From Oikopleura dioica (lineage: Eukaryota > Animalia > Chordata): DNA of 64,000 nucleotides. The notes beneath the pieces were generated by a model. That model saw only the letters and a list, made by a program, of their open reading frames with translations. It was not told the DNA's origin and did not search any database. The stretch covers positions 3,968,001 to 4,032,000 of the forward strand of contig OU015568.1 in NCBI GenBank assembly GCA_907165135.1, in the 5' to 3' direction. Positions 22,729 through 36,109 of the stretch are shown piece by piece (position 1 is the stretch's first letter; every line of letters starts with the position of its first letter). Both the position numbers and the translations under genes were made by a program.

Positions 22729-25700
22729 TTATATAAGCCGTTCGGGCTCCGGAGATTCCAGAGATTTCCACATTGTTTGTTTGATGACTTCGGGTTGTTT
22801 TTCATGTCGAGTCGGACTGAAAAAAGGGTTGAGAGATTTTTTTATTGATTTTTGATTTTTGGGGGGCGAGGTCGGTTATGGCCAAAATGTGTATTTTGAC
22901 TTGTAAATGAACAATTATCGAGGTTTTTTTACGGTCACAAAGATTTCAAGACGCATGATCCTGGACAATTCGTTCTTTCTTCCACCCTTAAAAATCATCA
23001 CCGGCTCTTCGGGATAAAGTACCTGTATGTTCCTGTTGCTCTTCTTTTCGACCTCAACACCGCCAGAAATGTTATCAGTCCAATAACGATGATGCTGCCA
23101 ATCACGGAAATCACGATGATCCAGGGTAAAGCAACTGTACTTGGCGTATGAGTGAGGCCAGATTCTAGTGTTCCTTGTGTTTCGATAACGCTTCCGCCTA
23201 GTTTTTCGTTGGTTCGCTGATCTTTTTTGTCTTTTGGGTTTTGAGGAGTTTTGTCGATGCATTTAGGTGGAGACTCATCGATGCATGTTTGTGATGACGG
23301 ACATTCGAGAAATTCACAGGTGACTTCCTAGAAAAAAATAGTGGTATGTTCGTATGGAGAAAATAGAAAGTGTAGTAATAATAATAATATCAAACTCCCT
23401 AAGGGCAAAAAATATATAAAAATCTTCTTAAAAAAGCAATTCTGGCTTCCAAATTTACCCATTATCGAAAAAGAGGAAACTCTTCAAAAATATACATCTG
23501 AATATCACCTGAATACACTGTTTGCCAATATATCCAAAGTTGCACTCGCACTCTGCCTGCCCACTCATCTCATCTACTTTGCAGCGTCCATTTCCACAAA
23601 GATCTTCCTCACAAGGATTCTCGAATTCGCAATTCTGACCGACCCATCGGTCGTCACATGCGCAGAGTCCCTCAGCACACGTTCCATTATTCAAACACGT
23701 GACTTCGAAGCAATTATCGATTTCTGAGCAATCAGGCGGGAGAAAACCAGGATTGCAGATGCAGAATCCGGTTGAAGGGTCGCATTGACCTTGATCGGAG
23801 CACGAAACCTAATTTTATCAGAATTTTTTCTAAAAATCTTTTTACCTCGAAACACAAATCCTTGATCTCGCAAAGAATGCCGGAGTATCCATCGTCACAT
23901 TCGCAGGTAAAGCTTCCTGGAGTGTTAAAACAGCTTCCATGATCGCCACACGGGTCAATTTCGAGACTGCACTCGTCTATGTCTTCACCGCAAGTTTGTC
24001 CACTGAAGCCAGTGTCGGTACAATCGCAGAAAAACTTGTCATCTTCCGGAGTGCAAGGTCCATTGAGGCAAGGATCGTCGGTGAAACAGCGGTCTTCGAA
24101 GTTGCAAAGCTTGCCGGTCAGGCCTTCGGAGCATTCGCACTCGAATTTATTTTTGTTTTTGCCGCTAAATTATCAAAGTTTTATTTGAACTTGATTATAC
24201 GTTGAGCTCATGTGGAAAAATATTTCATTTTGTTGGATCAATTCAGTAATTGAAGCATAAATTTATAAAGTACAATTATAACTTCGGTCTTATGGTTTTT
24301 ACCTTGCAATTTCTGTGACGTTCACCACGCATTCATTTTCTGCGCCACAAGGAACAGAGTAACAGGGAGAAATATGCTCACACTTTTCGCCATAAATATG
24401 CTCGGGACAATTGCAGCTCCAGCCTTGATTTCCATTTTCCAGATCTTCAGCTAAATAAATAAGTATTTAAATGAAGATTAATCTGTCATCTGTTGAAGGG
24501 CTTTTCTATTAGAAATTCATCAATCTTCGGATAATAAAATAAACGCTCATATTAATCAGAAAGATTATGGTGTTCAAAACCAACTTACTAAGACAAACTC
24601 CATCATTCTGACAAGTTCCCGGGCGACAAGCAAACTCGCAATTCTCCCCGTAGAATTCTCTGTAGCAGTAGCACTTGTATCCGCCAAATTCATTCTCGCA
24701 TCGTCCACTATTCTTGCACGGATTTTCAATGCACTCATCAACGTCAATCGTACAGAACGGTCCAGTTATTCCATCCATGCACTCGCATCTGTACGTCCCA
24801 GGCATGTTGATGCAAGTCCCGAATTCGCTACAGACAGGTTCTCCATGGCTAGAATGAACAGCGCACTCGTCGAAGTCGATCTCGCACGATTCTCCTTCCC
24901 AACCAGGCAGGCAAACACATGAAGCCGTGTTATTCTTCACCCAGCAATAGCTGTTCTTTTGGCATTCGTCGACAAACTCGCAGTAGTCGATGGGAACGCA
25001 TTGATCTTGCCGGCAAACAAGTCCTTCAGGACATGGTTCCACGCAATCAGGGCCTTTCTTCACGCATTTGAAATTGAATTCCATCGATTTTATATCCACT
25101 GGAACACATTGTTCATCGTCTAAGCAGGGCGAATCCGCACAAGTAGAATTCTTCGTGATAGTACAATGGGGACCAAAAAAGCCACTATCGCAAGAACATT
25201 CGTACGAATTCACCCCATCGATGCAGGTCGAAAATCTACTGCAAGATGAACTCTCGCAATCATCAATGTTTACTTCGCAATTTTCTCCTTCAAAACCTTC
25301 ATCGCAAATGCAAGTTCCGTTGTTCATCCCGATGCAGTACCCGAAATCGCCACAATCAATATCCTGGCAAGCCGCGGTAATGTTACAGTAGTCACCAACG
25401 AATTCCTCGTTGCAAATGCAGAGGTGGACTTCGGAATCGGAGATGCAAGCGCCGTTACCGCTGCAGCTTGAGTAGATGCAAGAATCGAAAGCGCACTCGG
25501 TTGAGATGCAGAAATCGTCGTCGGTTGGGAAGAAGACGAGATCGTCAGAGGGGGCATTGTCAGGATCAATTCCAGGTTGTAGACCGAGACCAATGGGTGC
25601 GCTTCCGAGCTAAAATTATTTTTATTGTTTTCAAAGAAAAAATTCGAATCTTATAACACAATCTAGTTACATTGTAGGCTCTAATTAAAATAATAGAAAC

Positions 25701-28700
25701 CATATACGAAAGTATTATTCGATGTGGTTAATATTTATCGTATCTTCATTAATTGATATCATTGATAGAAGATTAATATTTCCTTGCTATTCCCAACTGT
25801 GTGACCAAAAAATCAAATATATCTACCTTCAAATCCTTAACGCATCCTTCAAAAGTCTCTGATCCTAGTTTCATCAGATTCTCCCCTTCTCTGAAGAGCA
25901 ATGACGTGCTTTTTTTAAGGTTAAGGAAGTTATTTCACCCACTTCCTCGTTTTTAGACCCAGAACATCGTACATATTTTGAATCAGTGGAAAAAATCTAG
26001 AAACTTGACGGTTTTAGTTTTTCGAAAATCACTTCCGGTTGCGATTCTAGAGCCGGAAGTAGGCAAAATTTTAGAGTCAGGGTAAAGTGTGAGGTATCAA
26101 ATTGATGCGCAGAAGATTCTCAATCATCTCATCATCAATTTATAAGAAGAAACAGTCCCAACCGCGGTTAAACTGACCGGTAAAACTATGAAAAAAGCAT
26201 GATTTAGTTAGAATTTTTTCATTTTTGCCGGTTGTTTACCGGCGGTTTTTGACCACCGTTGGACTCGGTTTCAATCCTCAATGACTTGACTTGTTGTAAG
26301 ATTCAATTTGATAGCTCATATGCATGCTTTTCTTATAAATTTTGTGCATTTCCGGCTCTAGAATCGTAACCGGAAGTGAATTTCGAAAAACTAAAACCGT
26401 CAAGTTTCTATATTTTCTCCACTGATTCCAAATATGTATGGTGTTCTGGGTCTAAAAACAAGGAAGTGGGTGAAATAACTTCCTTAACCTTAAAAAAAGC
26501 ACGTCAATTTCAATGGCCAGTGTTTCTGAGTAAGCTGAACTTCCACCAAATCATCCACATGGCCATTTATCGACAAGATGATTTTTTGAGGCAGCAGTTC
26601 CAAATTGATATCATGGAAGAGTCCATCTGAAATTGACGCGCCAGAGATAATTGTGGAAACAGCTCGTGGCATTTTCAGAATATCCGGGGCTAGTGTCACA
26701 TTGACAAGGCCATCAGAAGTGACTGACAATTCAACAGCCTCGTTGATTGATAGAAAAGGGGTTGAAGAAGATCTAGTCCTGACGCTGAGCGAAATTGACG
26801 AGAGCGGCTCAGCGGGCGGCGACGTCAACAGCCGAAGACGTTGATTTGCGCAAAGATCGTCGTCCGCGCCTAGCAGGGGTCGTCAGATTTCAAAAGACAC
26901 AAATGGTAAATCAGTAAATTTGCGATCGGCAAATTTAATGATATGGAAAGCTAAGGGCCCTTACCGAGCGTGATGGGGTGATCGCAAATATAGCCAGTTG
27001 TTAGAGGGCGGCAAAGGGTTGGATTTGGGCACAAGTTGTCGATGCAGTTGGTGAATACTTCGCAGAAGAAACCTTCGGTTCCCGATGGACACTAGAAAAA
27101 TTGTTCAAATCGGGCATATTTACATTTTGATGCTTTTCGCAAAAACCATAAATACTTTTTTTCTTGAAAAAATTAGAGTTTTAGATCAATTGTCCTTTCT
27201 GAAAATAAATAAACAGGTAATACAACAGGTAGAGTCTCCTCTTATTCTAAATCGGGTTTACCTCGCATCCGCCATTTTCAATATAGTTCCCTCCATTCTT
27301 GCACTCGCAATTTTCCACCTTCTTTTCATTCTTCACTGCGCTTTTTTCTTTCGGCAAAACAATTTTCCACCCGTTTTCTAAGTGCATGTCTCCTTCAAAT
27401 TTCTCATCATCGGAGTCTTCAAAGAGCAGAAATTTCTTATTCAAGCGAACATCTTGAATTTCTCCGTGGAAGAAAAACGTTGAATCGAGAAGCTTTGCAT
27501 TGTTGTTTTCAATTCCCGAATCAGGTCCATTTCCAGCTGCGAGGACTTTTGTAATTATATCCGGTAGGCCTCCAATATATGCAAATTCAGACGTCACATT
27601 TACATCTCTCTCCAGCGCCAGTGTTTCGGTCACATTCTTATCTAGCTCGATTTGGAGAGAGTCCGGAAGCAGCGAAATCTTCAGGTCATGCCACAGGTCA
27701 TCAGAGACCTGCGTATCGGACCTGTGGAGAATTTCTGAGGTCAGTTGGATCACCAGCCGGCCCTCGATGATTTGAACCAAGAAGAATTCGTCAGATCTGT
27801 TTTACGGCTCATTTTTTGACAAGAAAAATGCTATTTTAAAGACAATTAAAGTCTCATTGTATATTTTGATGATACAATTGAGCCGGTTTCTTAGACTAGT
27901 GTCGCCCAAAAATGCCAAAAAGGATGTTTCCTGGTTCGTTTTGAAGCGCGTTTCAAAGTCGATTTTCTAAATGGGATTTGTTTACATGATCGGAGATTCT
28001 GCGGTCCAAATATCCCGTGAATTTTCAATATTTCTTGTTTTGCGTTCTTTGGTGAAAGAGCTTAAGCGTTAAGATATTTAAGCAAAAGTCACATGGATGA
28101 TACAAATTTTTCCAATTAATCAAAATCACCAACCAAAAAAAAATACAGACAAAAATAATTTTTGAAAAAATTATGGTTTTCTGATTTAAACTCACGTTGC
28201 TTTCAAGCTGAACAAGATGAATGATAAAGCTGAGCTCGTCATCAATAAAATCCGCGGTGCTCAATTCGTTGGCGCAGTTTTGCCCGACAAACGGACTTGG
28301 ACAGTCGCACTTGTAGAGAGTAGTTGGAGACGTCAAATTGCTTGTTGAGCATATTCCGGAGTGGAGACATGAAGGGTTAAATCGCCGGCTTGACGGATCA
28401 TACTTGAAACATTCATCTTCGAAATAACATCCGTCTGAGTGGAATGAGCAAAATTTTTTTGAAAAAATTTGAAAAAAAAGATGTAAAATTTCTGAAAAAA
28501 AATTTTTTTTGAAAAAATAAATATCCAAATTTTTTCATTTAAAAATCTCACTCCGATGAAAAAAGCTCTATAATTTCTCGGCCACTGTCCTAGAATCTCC
28601 GAAGGTCGTTTGACAAGCGCGCCGCCAGTACTATCGCTTGTAATCTCCTGATTTTGATGTTTGACTCCGCCCAAGCATCCTGAAACAAAATCATAAAAAT

Positions 28701-29937
28701 CTACGCTGCTTCCTTCGTTTTCCGCATTATTTGGTCAAACACAATTATAATTATAATCACGATTCTTGCATTTTTTCGCCAAAGAATTTTTTTCAAAAAT
28801 GCAGCTCGCGGTTTTCGCGTGAATTAGCGAAAAAAATGACAATCTGGAAACTTTGACTTACCGATTAAATCTCGGCCGAATTCAATTCTATCCGCTGATT
28901 TTAAGAAATCGATGTTTTCGAAGATTTTCAAGTCCTTTTTGGTCTGGAGTTTGCGGCCTTCAATTTCGAGCGAAGCGCTCAAGTGTCCATCTTCGATCTT
29001 TAATGACATTTGATACCATTTGTAAGCTTCGAGCGGACTAGCAGGGAGCACAACTTTATCATCCAAGTTCTTAGCTTGGCTCTTTTTTTTCGAGAAAGAA
29101 ATTAAGAAATAAAGCGTTTTATCGTTTCGTTTTAATCCTGGCTTACCGAGGTTTAGTAAGATAAGGGTGGCAGCGTCTTATTTTCTTGTTTTTCGAGCCC
29201 AGTTCCTGATTACTCGCCGAGTCATACGCATTGAATGAAATGGTCATATTCGCCCTGCTGACGTCGACAACAATATCCCACTCCAAATCGCGCTCTCTCG
29301 AATCCATACTGAGCAAAATCAACAACCCTTTCTTTCGACAACTTTTTACCTGACAAGTTCTCCATCGAGAGAATCGACGAAAAATTCGAATTGCAGATCG
29401 AGTGCGAGGACATTTTTGGAAGAAGCGTCGTTGGATGTTTCTGGGTAGAAGCTGAGCTTTTGGTTGTCGTCGAAAAAGGTGAAGGTTGAGGCTTGAAGGG
29501 TTGAAATCAAGCCCAAGAATATCACTAAATGAATAATTATTAAAATTATCCTTATTTGAAGAAATTTTTATTATATGACGACGATGAAATTTTGGACCGT
29601 ATCGATATCATAAATATATTGAATAGTGTTACATTTTCAAAAGTCGCCTTCAAGCCGAAAAGTTTCATACCAGATTGTCCATTGGATATTTACATTATGG
29701 TTTTTGAAATTTGTTCTTTCTTTGAATTACCATAAGACAAATTGGTATCATATGATTTGTATTGAACAAAATGTCTTATTTTTTTATTTATCACTTTTAT
29801 AATAAGATTATTTAATATTTTATATTTCTTTTATATTTTATTATAATAATTTTTTTTTAATCATAATTGATTTTTAGAATAAGAATTTCAAATATTCATA
29901 GTAACAATAGATACTCACATTTTAATCCCTTCTTCAT
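22729..29937 (-). CDS. crb: Crumbs homolog (signal peptide, 3 LamG domains, EGF repeats, TM, FERM- and PDZ-binding tail)
   Basis: MKKGLK/LIFLGLISTLQA (ATG 29937, GTGAGT donor); LamG motifs (DDLWHDL, YIGGLP, FHGEIQDVRLN; SDGLFHDI, FEGCVKDLKL); many EGF and calcium-binding EGF repeats; TM LPWIIVISVIGSIIVIGLITFLAVL; tail RSKRRATGTY/SPTRHE...ESPEPERLI* (last exon 22729-22816). Confidence 0.93.
25908..26500. mobile_element. 593-bp non-autonomous TIR element with about 151-bp arms, flanked by an ACGT duplication, occupying essentially a whole crumbs intron
   Basis: ACGT|GCTTTTTTTAAGGTTAAGGAAG... (arm 25908-26058) ...CTTCCTTAACCTTAAAAAAAGC|ACGT (arm 26350-26500); arms about 90-95% complementary by eye. 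Confidence 0.88.
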
Positions 29938-30922
29938 TCTTCTCTTTTTAATCCTCTGTTCTTCATCCAAATTAATGAGTCTCAATGTTCATTTTGATGC
30001 AAAATAAAACTTCGATTCTCAACCTTTTTTTTATAAATTATTGTTTGTTATGAACTTTTCCGCATACAAGAAAAGCTTGAGCTGGGAAAAGTGTGTTCGC
30101 CAGTGAAGTTTTCTTCGAGTAGTAGCGCCGCCCCGAGGCGAAGCGAGAGCTCAACCCTTTTGATCTTTTCAATCATGTCACTTTCTATTCTACTAAGATT
30201 TTATATTTATCGCGCGCTTTTGATTTTCTCGCTCGGAATCTCAATTTCGGAAAAGGGCGAAAGTGTACGTACAGTTGTAAAGCTCGGAGGAGGGATTTGT
30301 TGAAGTATTTTATTGATTAAATTTCTACAACTTAGGACAAGGCGTATGAGAAAAAGGCTGATTTTTGGGCTCCAAGCGTCAATTTTATTGAAAAAAATCA
30401 AACATAATTTTAATAAAATTTGATTATGGTTCATCAAAATCAATTTTCGCAGCGCTGAGAATTTTCTAGAGGTGCTGCATGTTTTCCGGATTATCTAAGA
30501 GCCCACACCTGGGCGCTCCTATCTCTTTTCTTAGGAATTTTCTTGAAGTAGAACACTTTTAAGAAACTTTATTTATTGACAGTTTTTTTATATTTTTAGA
30601 ACAAAGTTTGTTTTTGAAAATTGGTACGAGGAGATTGTCGGGATGAAAATAGAACGAATCTTTCTGAAGCAGAAATTGATTGAGCGGAACTTCAAAGGGA
30701 TTGATTAACAAGTAAACAAAGTTCTAGGGTCTGAGAAACTTTTTCAGCGACATATTTTGCGGGGAGGCTCTGCGGAGAAGCAATTTCTACTACTGTCAAA
30801 CTCGTTTGAGTTTGGCGATTCAGCTTGATTTTATTCAAATACAGTATGTGAAAAAGGCTGCGGAATTAAGCAAGAAATCGAACCGATAGCTTTTTTATTT
30901 ATACAGTTGAAAAAACTAATTA

Positions 30923-31309
30923 CAGTGAAAACCCAAAAATTGGCCGGTTTTCAGATGTAAATTCCCGAAAAAAACGGCCAAATTTTGGGTTTTATGCCGG
31001 GTAGCCAAGTTTCCCCTTCAAAAAGCAAAGTTTCGAAATTTTCGAAAATCTGCATGATTTTTGACGAATATATTCAAATTTTTGCTTGTTTCAAGACATT
31101 CTTATGAGAATCTAGTCATTTTTAATGATTAAAACACTCTAAAAAAGCTAAAAATGATCCGAAATAGCATCATTTGGGCCCGATTCTGATGAAAAATTTT
31201 TTATTTTTGAAAAAGCGGCCAAATTTTGGGTTGATTCCAGGTTCCAATAAAGGCGGATTTAGACAAAAAGCGGCCAAATTTTGGGTGGGCAAATTTTGGG
31301 TTTTCACTG
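30923..31309. mobile_element. Tc1/mariner-like MITE (387 bp), TA target duplication
   Basis: TA|CAGTGAAAACCCAAAA ... TTTTGGGTTTTCACTG|TA; three internal copies of CGGCCAAATTTTGGGT. Confidence 0.88.
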
Positions 31310-31329
31310 TATATCAAATCAAGTTTACT

Positions 31330-34300
31330 CTAACTGATGCAGGTTTTTGAAGGAGATAGAAAAACAATCGGATAATACACCCCCGCTTCCTTCTCTCCAA
31401 TAATCTGAGTGGTAATTTTTCTTCATTTGAGTCTTTTAAAAAGTTCCAAAAAATGTTAATTTGAAGATGGCTTTCAATTATTTGAGTCGGCGTTCGGTTA
31501 ACTTATCGCCCTTATATTTAGAAATGCTTGGAAACCTTGACCTAAGAATTCAATCTTTTGAATCAAATGGTCACCTTCGCCAATAAAGCCTGGAAACACG
31601 AAGATAGAATTCTCATATAAAACTGCTGATGGATAGTTTGTACTCTGAAATCATAATACATAAAGAATATAATCAAAAATATATTTACTTGTAAAAGAGA
31701 GCCGATTCGTGACCATTTGCAGTCCATCAATCGCCAGATATCATTCAATCGCCCCGAAGCCCACCCTCCAATTGTTAAAAGGCTTCCGGAAGGCAATCCA
31801 ACGGCAGAAAATCTTGTTATGGTTCTTAAATTATTCTCTTAGAAATTTTCGTCATTCTCGTCTACCTTGGATGAAACCCTAAAAGAGTCCAACCATCTTC
31901 CATCAGAGTCTCGACAAGTCCGTCTGCAGTGTCTCCTCCTATTGCGGTTGGTCGATTGTTGTAAAGGCCCAATTCTCCAGAACGATGTTTCATAATAGCT
32001 TCATAAGTAGTTTTTATTGATAGACCATCGAATAGCTGACATTGCATGTAAGTAAGGCGGTCAAAACAAATAAGAGCTTAAAAAGAAGTAACAGCTCAAA
32101 CAGACAAAATTAAAAAAAATAGAACCTTTACTTCCTTTGTCGTAAGATAAAGCTGCATGGCCATATGAATAAGAAAAATGAAGGCGGATAGATGAAAGGG
32201 CAAATTGACATCCGTCGAGCCGGGCAATCTGAAATAAATTTTTTTGAGATAAAGTCATTTATAAATTTTTCTTGTTACTTGATAAGGATCAGAGTATCCG
32301 CCAAAGATGTGAAGCTGATCATTAACGATCGCATGCCTTGAGCGCCAAAGGTAAAGAGAAATAGTGCCGTCGTAAGTAAATGGAGGTGAAAATGATAATT
32401 CGCTTTGAATTGATCCATCTAATAATAATCCGTACGGCTGAAAATTTTTATAATTATGAGGAAGCATCACATTTATCTTGGAAGACGTGTCGGTAACGTA
32501 ATAAAAATTATAGATTCTTGAAGCCCGATCGAGTTTGAAGATTCGGATTTTCTTGTTTTTGATATTTTCGAGACCTCTTATACCCATTTTCGAGCTTTTT
32601 TGGCTCTTTTTCTTGCGAATCTTTTGGAGTTTTGACAAATAAAAATGCAGAAAAATGAATTAAGTCGGGCTTAAGTCCATCAGGTCAAACCCTTCCTCAA
32701 AAACTTGGACAAAAGATGACTCGACAGAGTTCCTTAAATTCATGAATAAACTAAGTCCTTTCAGGCTTGACACAGTTGATTTAAGCAAAAACCGTTTATC
32801 AAAATAGTCAGAATCCATCCAAATAGAGCCATTATTATAAAATCCGAAATCAAAAGAATCTTACCATCGTAAAATTGGAATTTTAGAATTTCAATTTCAT
32901 CGAAAAATTGAAATTTCGTCTCACGAAGGTCTATTTTGAGCTCAAATTTGGTTAAATCGTCAAGTTCAATCTCAATATTAGAGATGTGGTTTAATTCTTT
33001 GAGAGATGAAAAATGTTTATCTCCGAATTTGTCCGGGATGATGGTTTTGAAGAAATGACTAGGAACGGGAAATCGAGGCTGAGCAACTGCGTTTTTAGCG
33101 AAACCGGGAAAAACATCGTCATGAAAGGCAAAATAGGGATTGCTCGTTATGTACATTTGCTTGTTGACTTTCATCTGTACAAATTCGAGGTCTATTTTCT
33201 CTTTTGAAGGATATTAAATCGCTCATACACGCATTTGTCCCATTATCAGCTACTAGATGATATAAATTTTATCCTTTCCGAAATTAAACTCGATCGCAAA
33301 AGCGAAATCGAAAACGTAATTTTGAATGATGATTCTTTCGTCGTTAACGAATCCATTTCCAAAATACTCGCACTCATCGTTAATAAGTCCACCTGTATTT
33401 GTATAATAGTGATCATCTGCAAATAATTTTGAGAAACATAAAGCTTTGCCATCGTAATTAACAAGAGAACCTATCCACTCACTACCAATAGGCACAAATT
33501 TTCCGTCCGCCTCAAGCAGGATCGAGTAAAAGGTGTTTGAAAGCTTGATACTTCTGGAAACAAGAATCAGCATCAGTCGTCCAACATCGATCTTTTGTTG
33601 AGTTAAAACTTTGAGATTTTTAATTCTTCTTTAAAAAGTTATAAAACTCGTTCCAGTGGGACGACATGAACTGGGTCTAGGTCTCTTGATTCAGCGGGTA
33701 GTGCAAAGTCGCCTTTTCTCCAGCCTTTCTCCAATTCTTCACTTTTCCTGATTCTATTCAGGGCAATTGTCGTCGTCAGTTTTATCCATTTTTCGCCCAT
33801 TCTTACACTCATCAGATAGAAAAGCCCCTTGAAGCTGATCGAAGATACTTTTGCATTGAAGTGATTGCTCGCAATGTAACCCCGCGCTTCTTCGAAGCGG
33901 TTCAAGTTGTAATTGAGAGCGTAGTAATAGCATTTATCGGGCTTTCCAGTTGGGGAGCTTTTGGCTGGTCAAAAATTATGTTCTTCAAAGTTCTTCTACG
34001 ATTTTACTGACCATTTTCAGATAACGACGACGGGAAAGACTTTTCTATCTTTGTCTTTCAGACGAATTTCAATGAAATGAGTTCCAATCGATGATCCGAA
34101 ATGAAACACGAAAAGGCCTCTTTGTAAGCATTAAAGGATTAGACCAGAGTATAAATTAAATACTTACATGTATTTGAGTCGATTATGAACATAAATTGGA
34201 GCATCGCCGTTTTCCTTAATCCTCATTAAATTTCCGATTGCATCGACCAAGTAATGCTCTCCATTCAGAAAAGTGGCGCCGGTCGACTTTCGTGTTTTGA

Positions 34301-35568
34301 GTAATTGATCTTATGTGAAAAAACTAATCAGCAAAACCGTTCATAAGAAAACAAAAATCCGTTCGAATTAATATTTTTAGCTTCCATTTTGCGATTTAAA
34401 TCGACTAAATGAATCGGAAAACTTTCTTTTGAATCTTCCGTCCGGTCCAACGAGCAGTTATCAGTTCAATATGCTTCTTTGTTTGCTGAGACAAAGCCCT
34501 TGACAAAATTGAGGTTGACGAAGTTGATTTCAAATCAAAGACTGGAATCAATTTTTGACGCGACTCAAACTTCTCACACTTGTAGAAAGGACAAGGACAG
34601 CCATTTTTACAGTACTTTTGAGTTGGGCACACGTCGCCGGCGGAATCAGACGATCGAGTTAGTTCAAAGCAAATCGATTCACACGGCGAAAGAGGGTTAG
34701 TCCTTGTTGATTTCAAAACAAGCGTTTCTGAGCAAAGATGGCGGCAGATTTTCTGGTCGTAAAACCTCTTTTTTCGACAGCGGATTAGGTTTACTTCGTT
34801 TTCTTCCTTCGAGAACACGAGCGGCGTAGCTTTGGTTGTCTTTATTTTCGAAACTGATTCAGGCATGATGAACTGTTCAGTTTCATGACATTGCTTCATC
34901 AGATGGCCACAGTAGTCCATTTCAGCGATTTGGAGGCATTTTTTATAGTTTCGGTGGCAGGTCGACGTGAGAAAAGTCGTTACTCCCTTTGACCTTTGAA
35001 GAGAGTGCCAGTTCGCTGAAGAGTGTTTGGTTAAAAAACAAAGCAATAAGTGAATATTAACTTATAAGCACGACAGTAATCCAGAAAAGCGATCCAAGTG
35101 CGAGGTAACTGTATTGCTGCTTGTCGGTGGCGAATCCATGCTCAGCCAGGCTCACTTTTTCCTTCCATGTTTTCTCTTTTTTCAAATCCGCCTCTTGCGT
35201 ATGAATGCTGCGGGTGGAGAGAACTTCTTCAGTGAAGAGAACGACTTGGTCGCCGACTTTCCGCAGAGTTCCGAAGCATTCGCAGTCCAAGCACTTATTT
35301 CGATTTAATATTTGTTAAGAAATTTTTTTTTTCTCGTCAATTTTTATATGAAAGAAAACGATTTTTTTTCTCGGATTACCTGAATTTTCATTTCACTGAA
35401 TTGCTTGAAATTATCGGTCATTTCCAGTTTATCAACAGCCAAGTTTTCCGAACGAATCATATCCTCATCAACTTGAGTTTTTTTCTTGCGCCGAATTTTT
35501 GCTTTTTTGATCTTTGGCCGTTTCGCCTCTTCGACGGGCTGGATCTCTTCCTCGATTCTCAATTTCAT
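31330..35568 (-). CDS. Paralog of the 12.9-16.9 kb Cys-rich + Kelch-like family gene
   Basis: LALGSLFWITVVLIS (TM); EENEVNLIRC...CPTQKYCKNGCPCPFYKC; FAFHDDVFPGFAKN; LHIFGGYSD, LGLYNNRPTAIGG, GWTLLGFHPR, LLTIGG, YYPIVFLSPSKTCIS* (stop 31330-31332). Start codon uncertain. Confidence 0.78.
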
Positions 35569-36109
35569 TCGACTCGAAATGGATAAATCCGCCACCGCTC
35601 GTAGATATCACCTCGTTACTAGGGTTATCTCTTCAGATTCGAGTCTCTGCGACAGAGAGAGAGAGCAAGAAACGGGGATTATTTGAAATCAGTTTGGTAT
35701 TCAAGATCAAATCTGACGGATATTTTTCGCTCTTTTGGCGCGGCGCAAAACAAGAGCCGGGTAGCACAACTCCTTGGAAAACACTACAAAAATCTGATTT
35801 GAAAATTACATTTTCTACTGATTTAGCTCAAACATCATCAAAATCATTTCCCAGGAATCAATCGTTATATTTATTAAATAATTCTTATCAATTCACGTTA
35901 GTTCCAAAAACCAATCTTATCCCGCTCCATCTCCGTCCGCCCGATTTTTCCATAAAACGAGCCGTTTTTCTTTCAAATCTCGGCTTTTTTCGCCGCATTT
36001 TTGAGCTTTCTTTCATGATAGTACCGACCGATAATTTCCGATTTTTTTCGTCGGACTTTTTTCTGACTCTGGGAAACGAGGGTTGAGCCAAAGAGAAACT
36101 GTATTTAAG

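Noticed and set aside
22915-23262. ORF-track protein MHRQNSSK... as a gene product
   Set aside because: Wrong frame; the alternative frame encodes the crumbs TM and GTY motif
25919-26488. Calling the crumbs-intron element a TTAA-flanked piggyBac or Kolobok
   Set aside because: Symmetry continues beyond the TTAA, and only excision at the ACGT duplication restores the reading frame; the superfamily is left open
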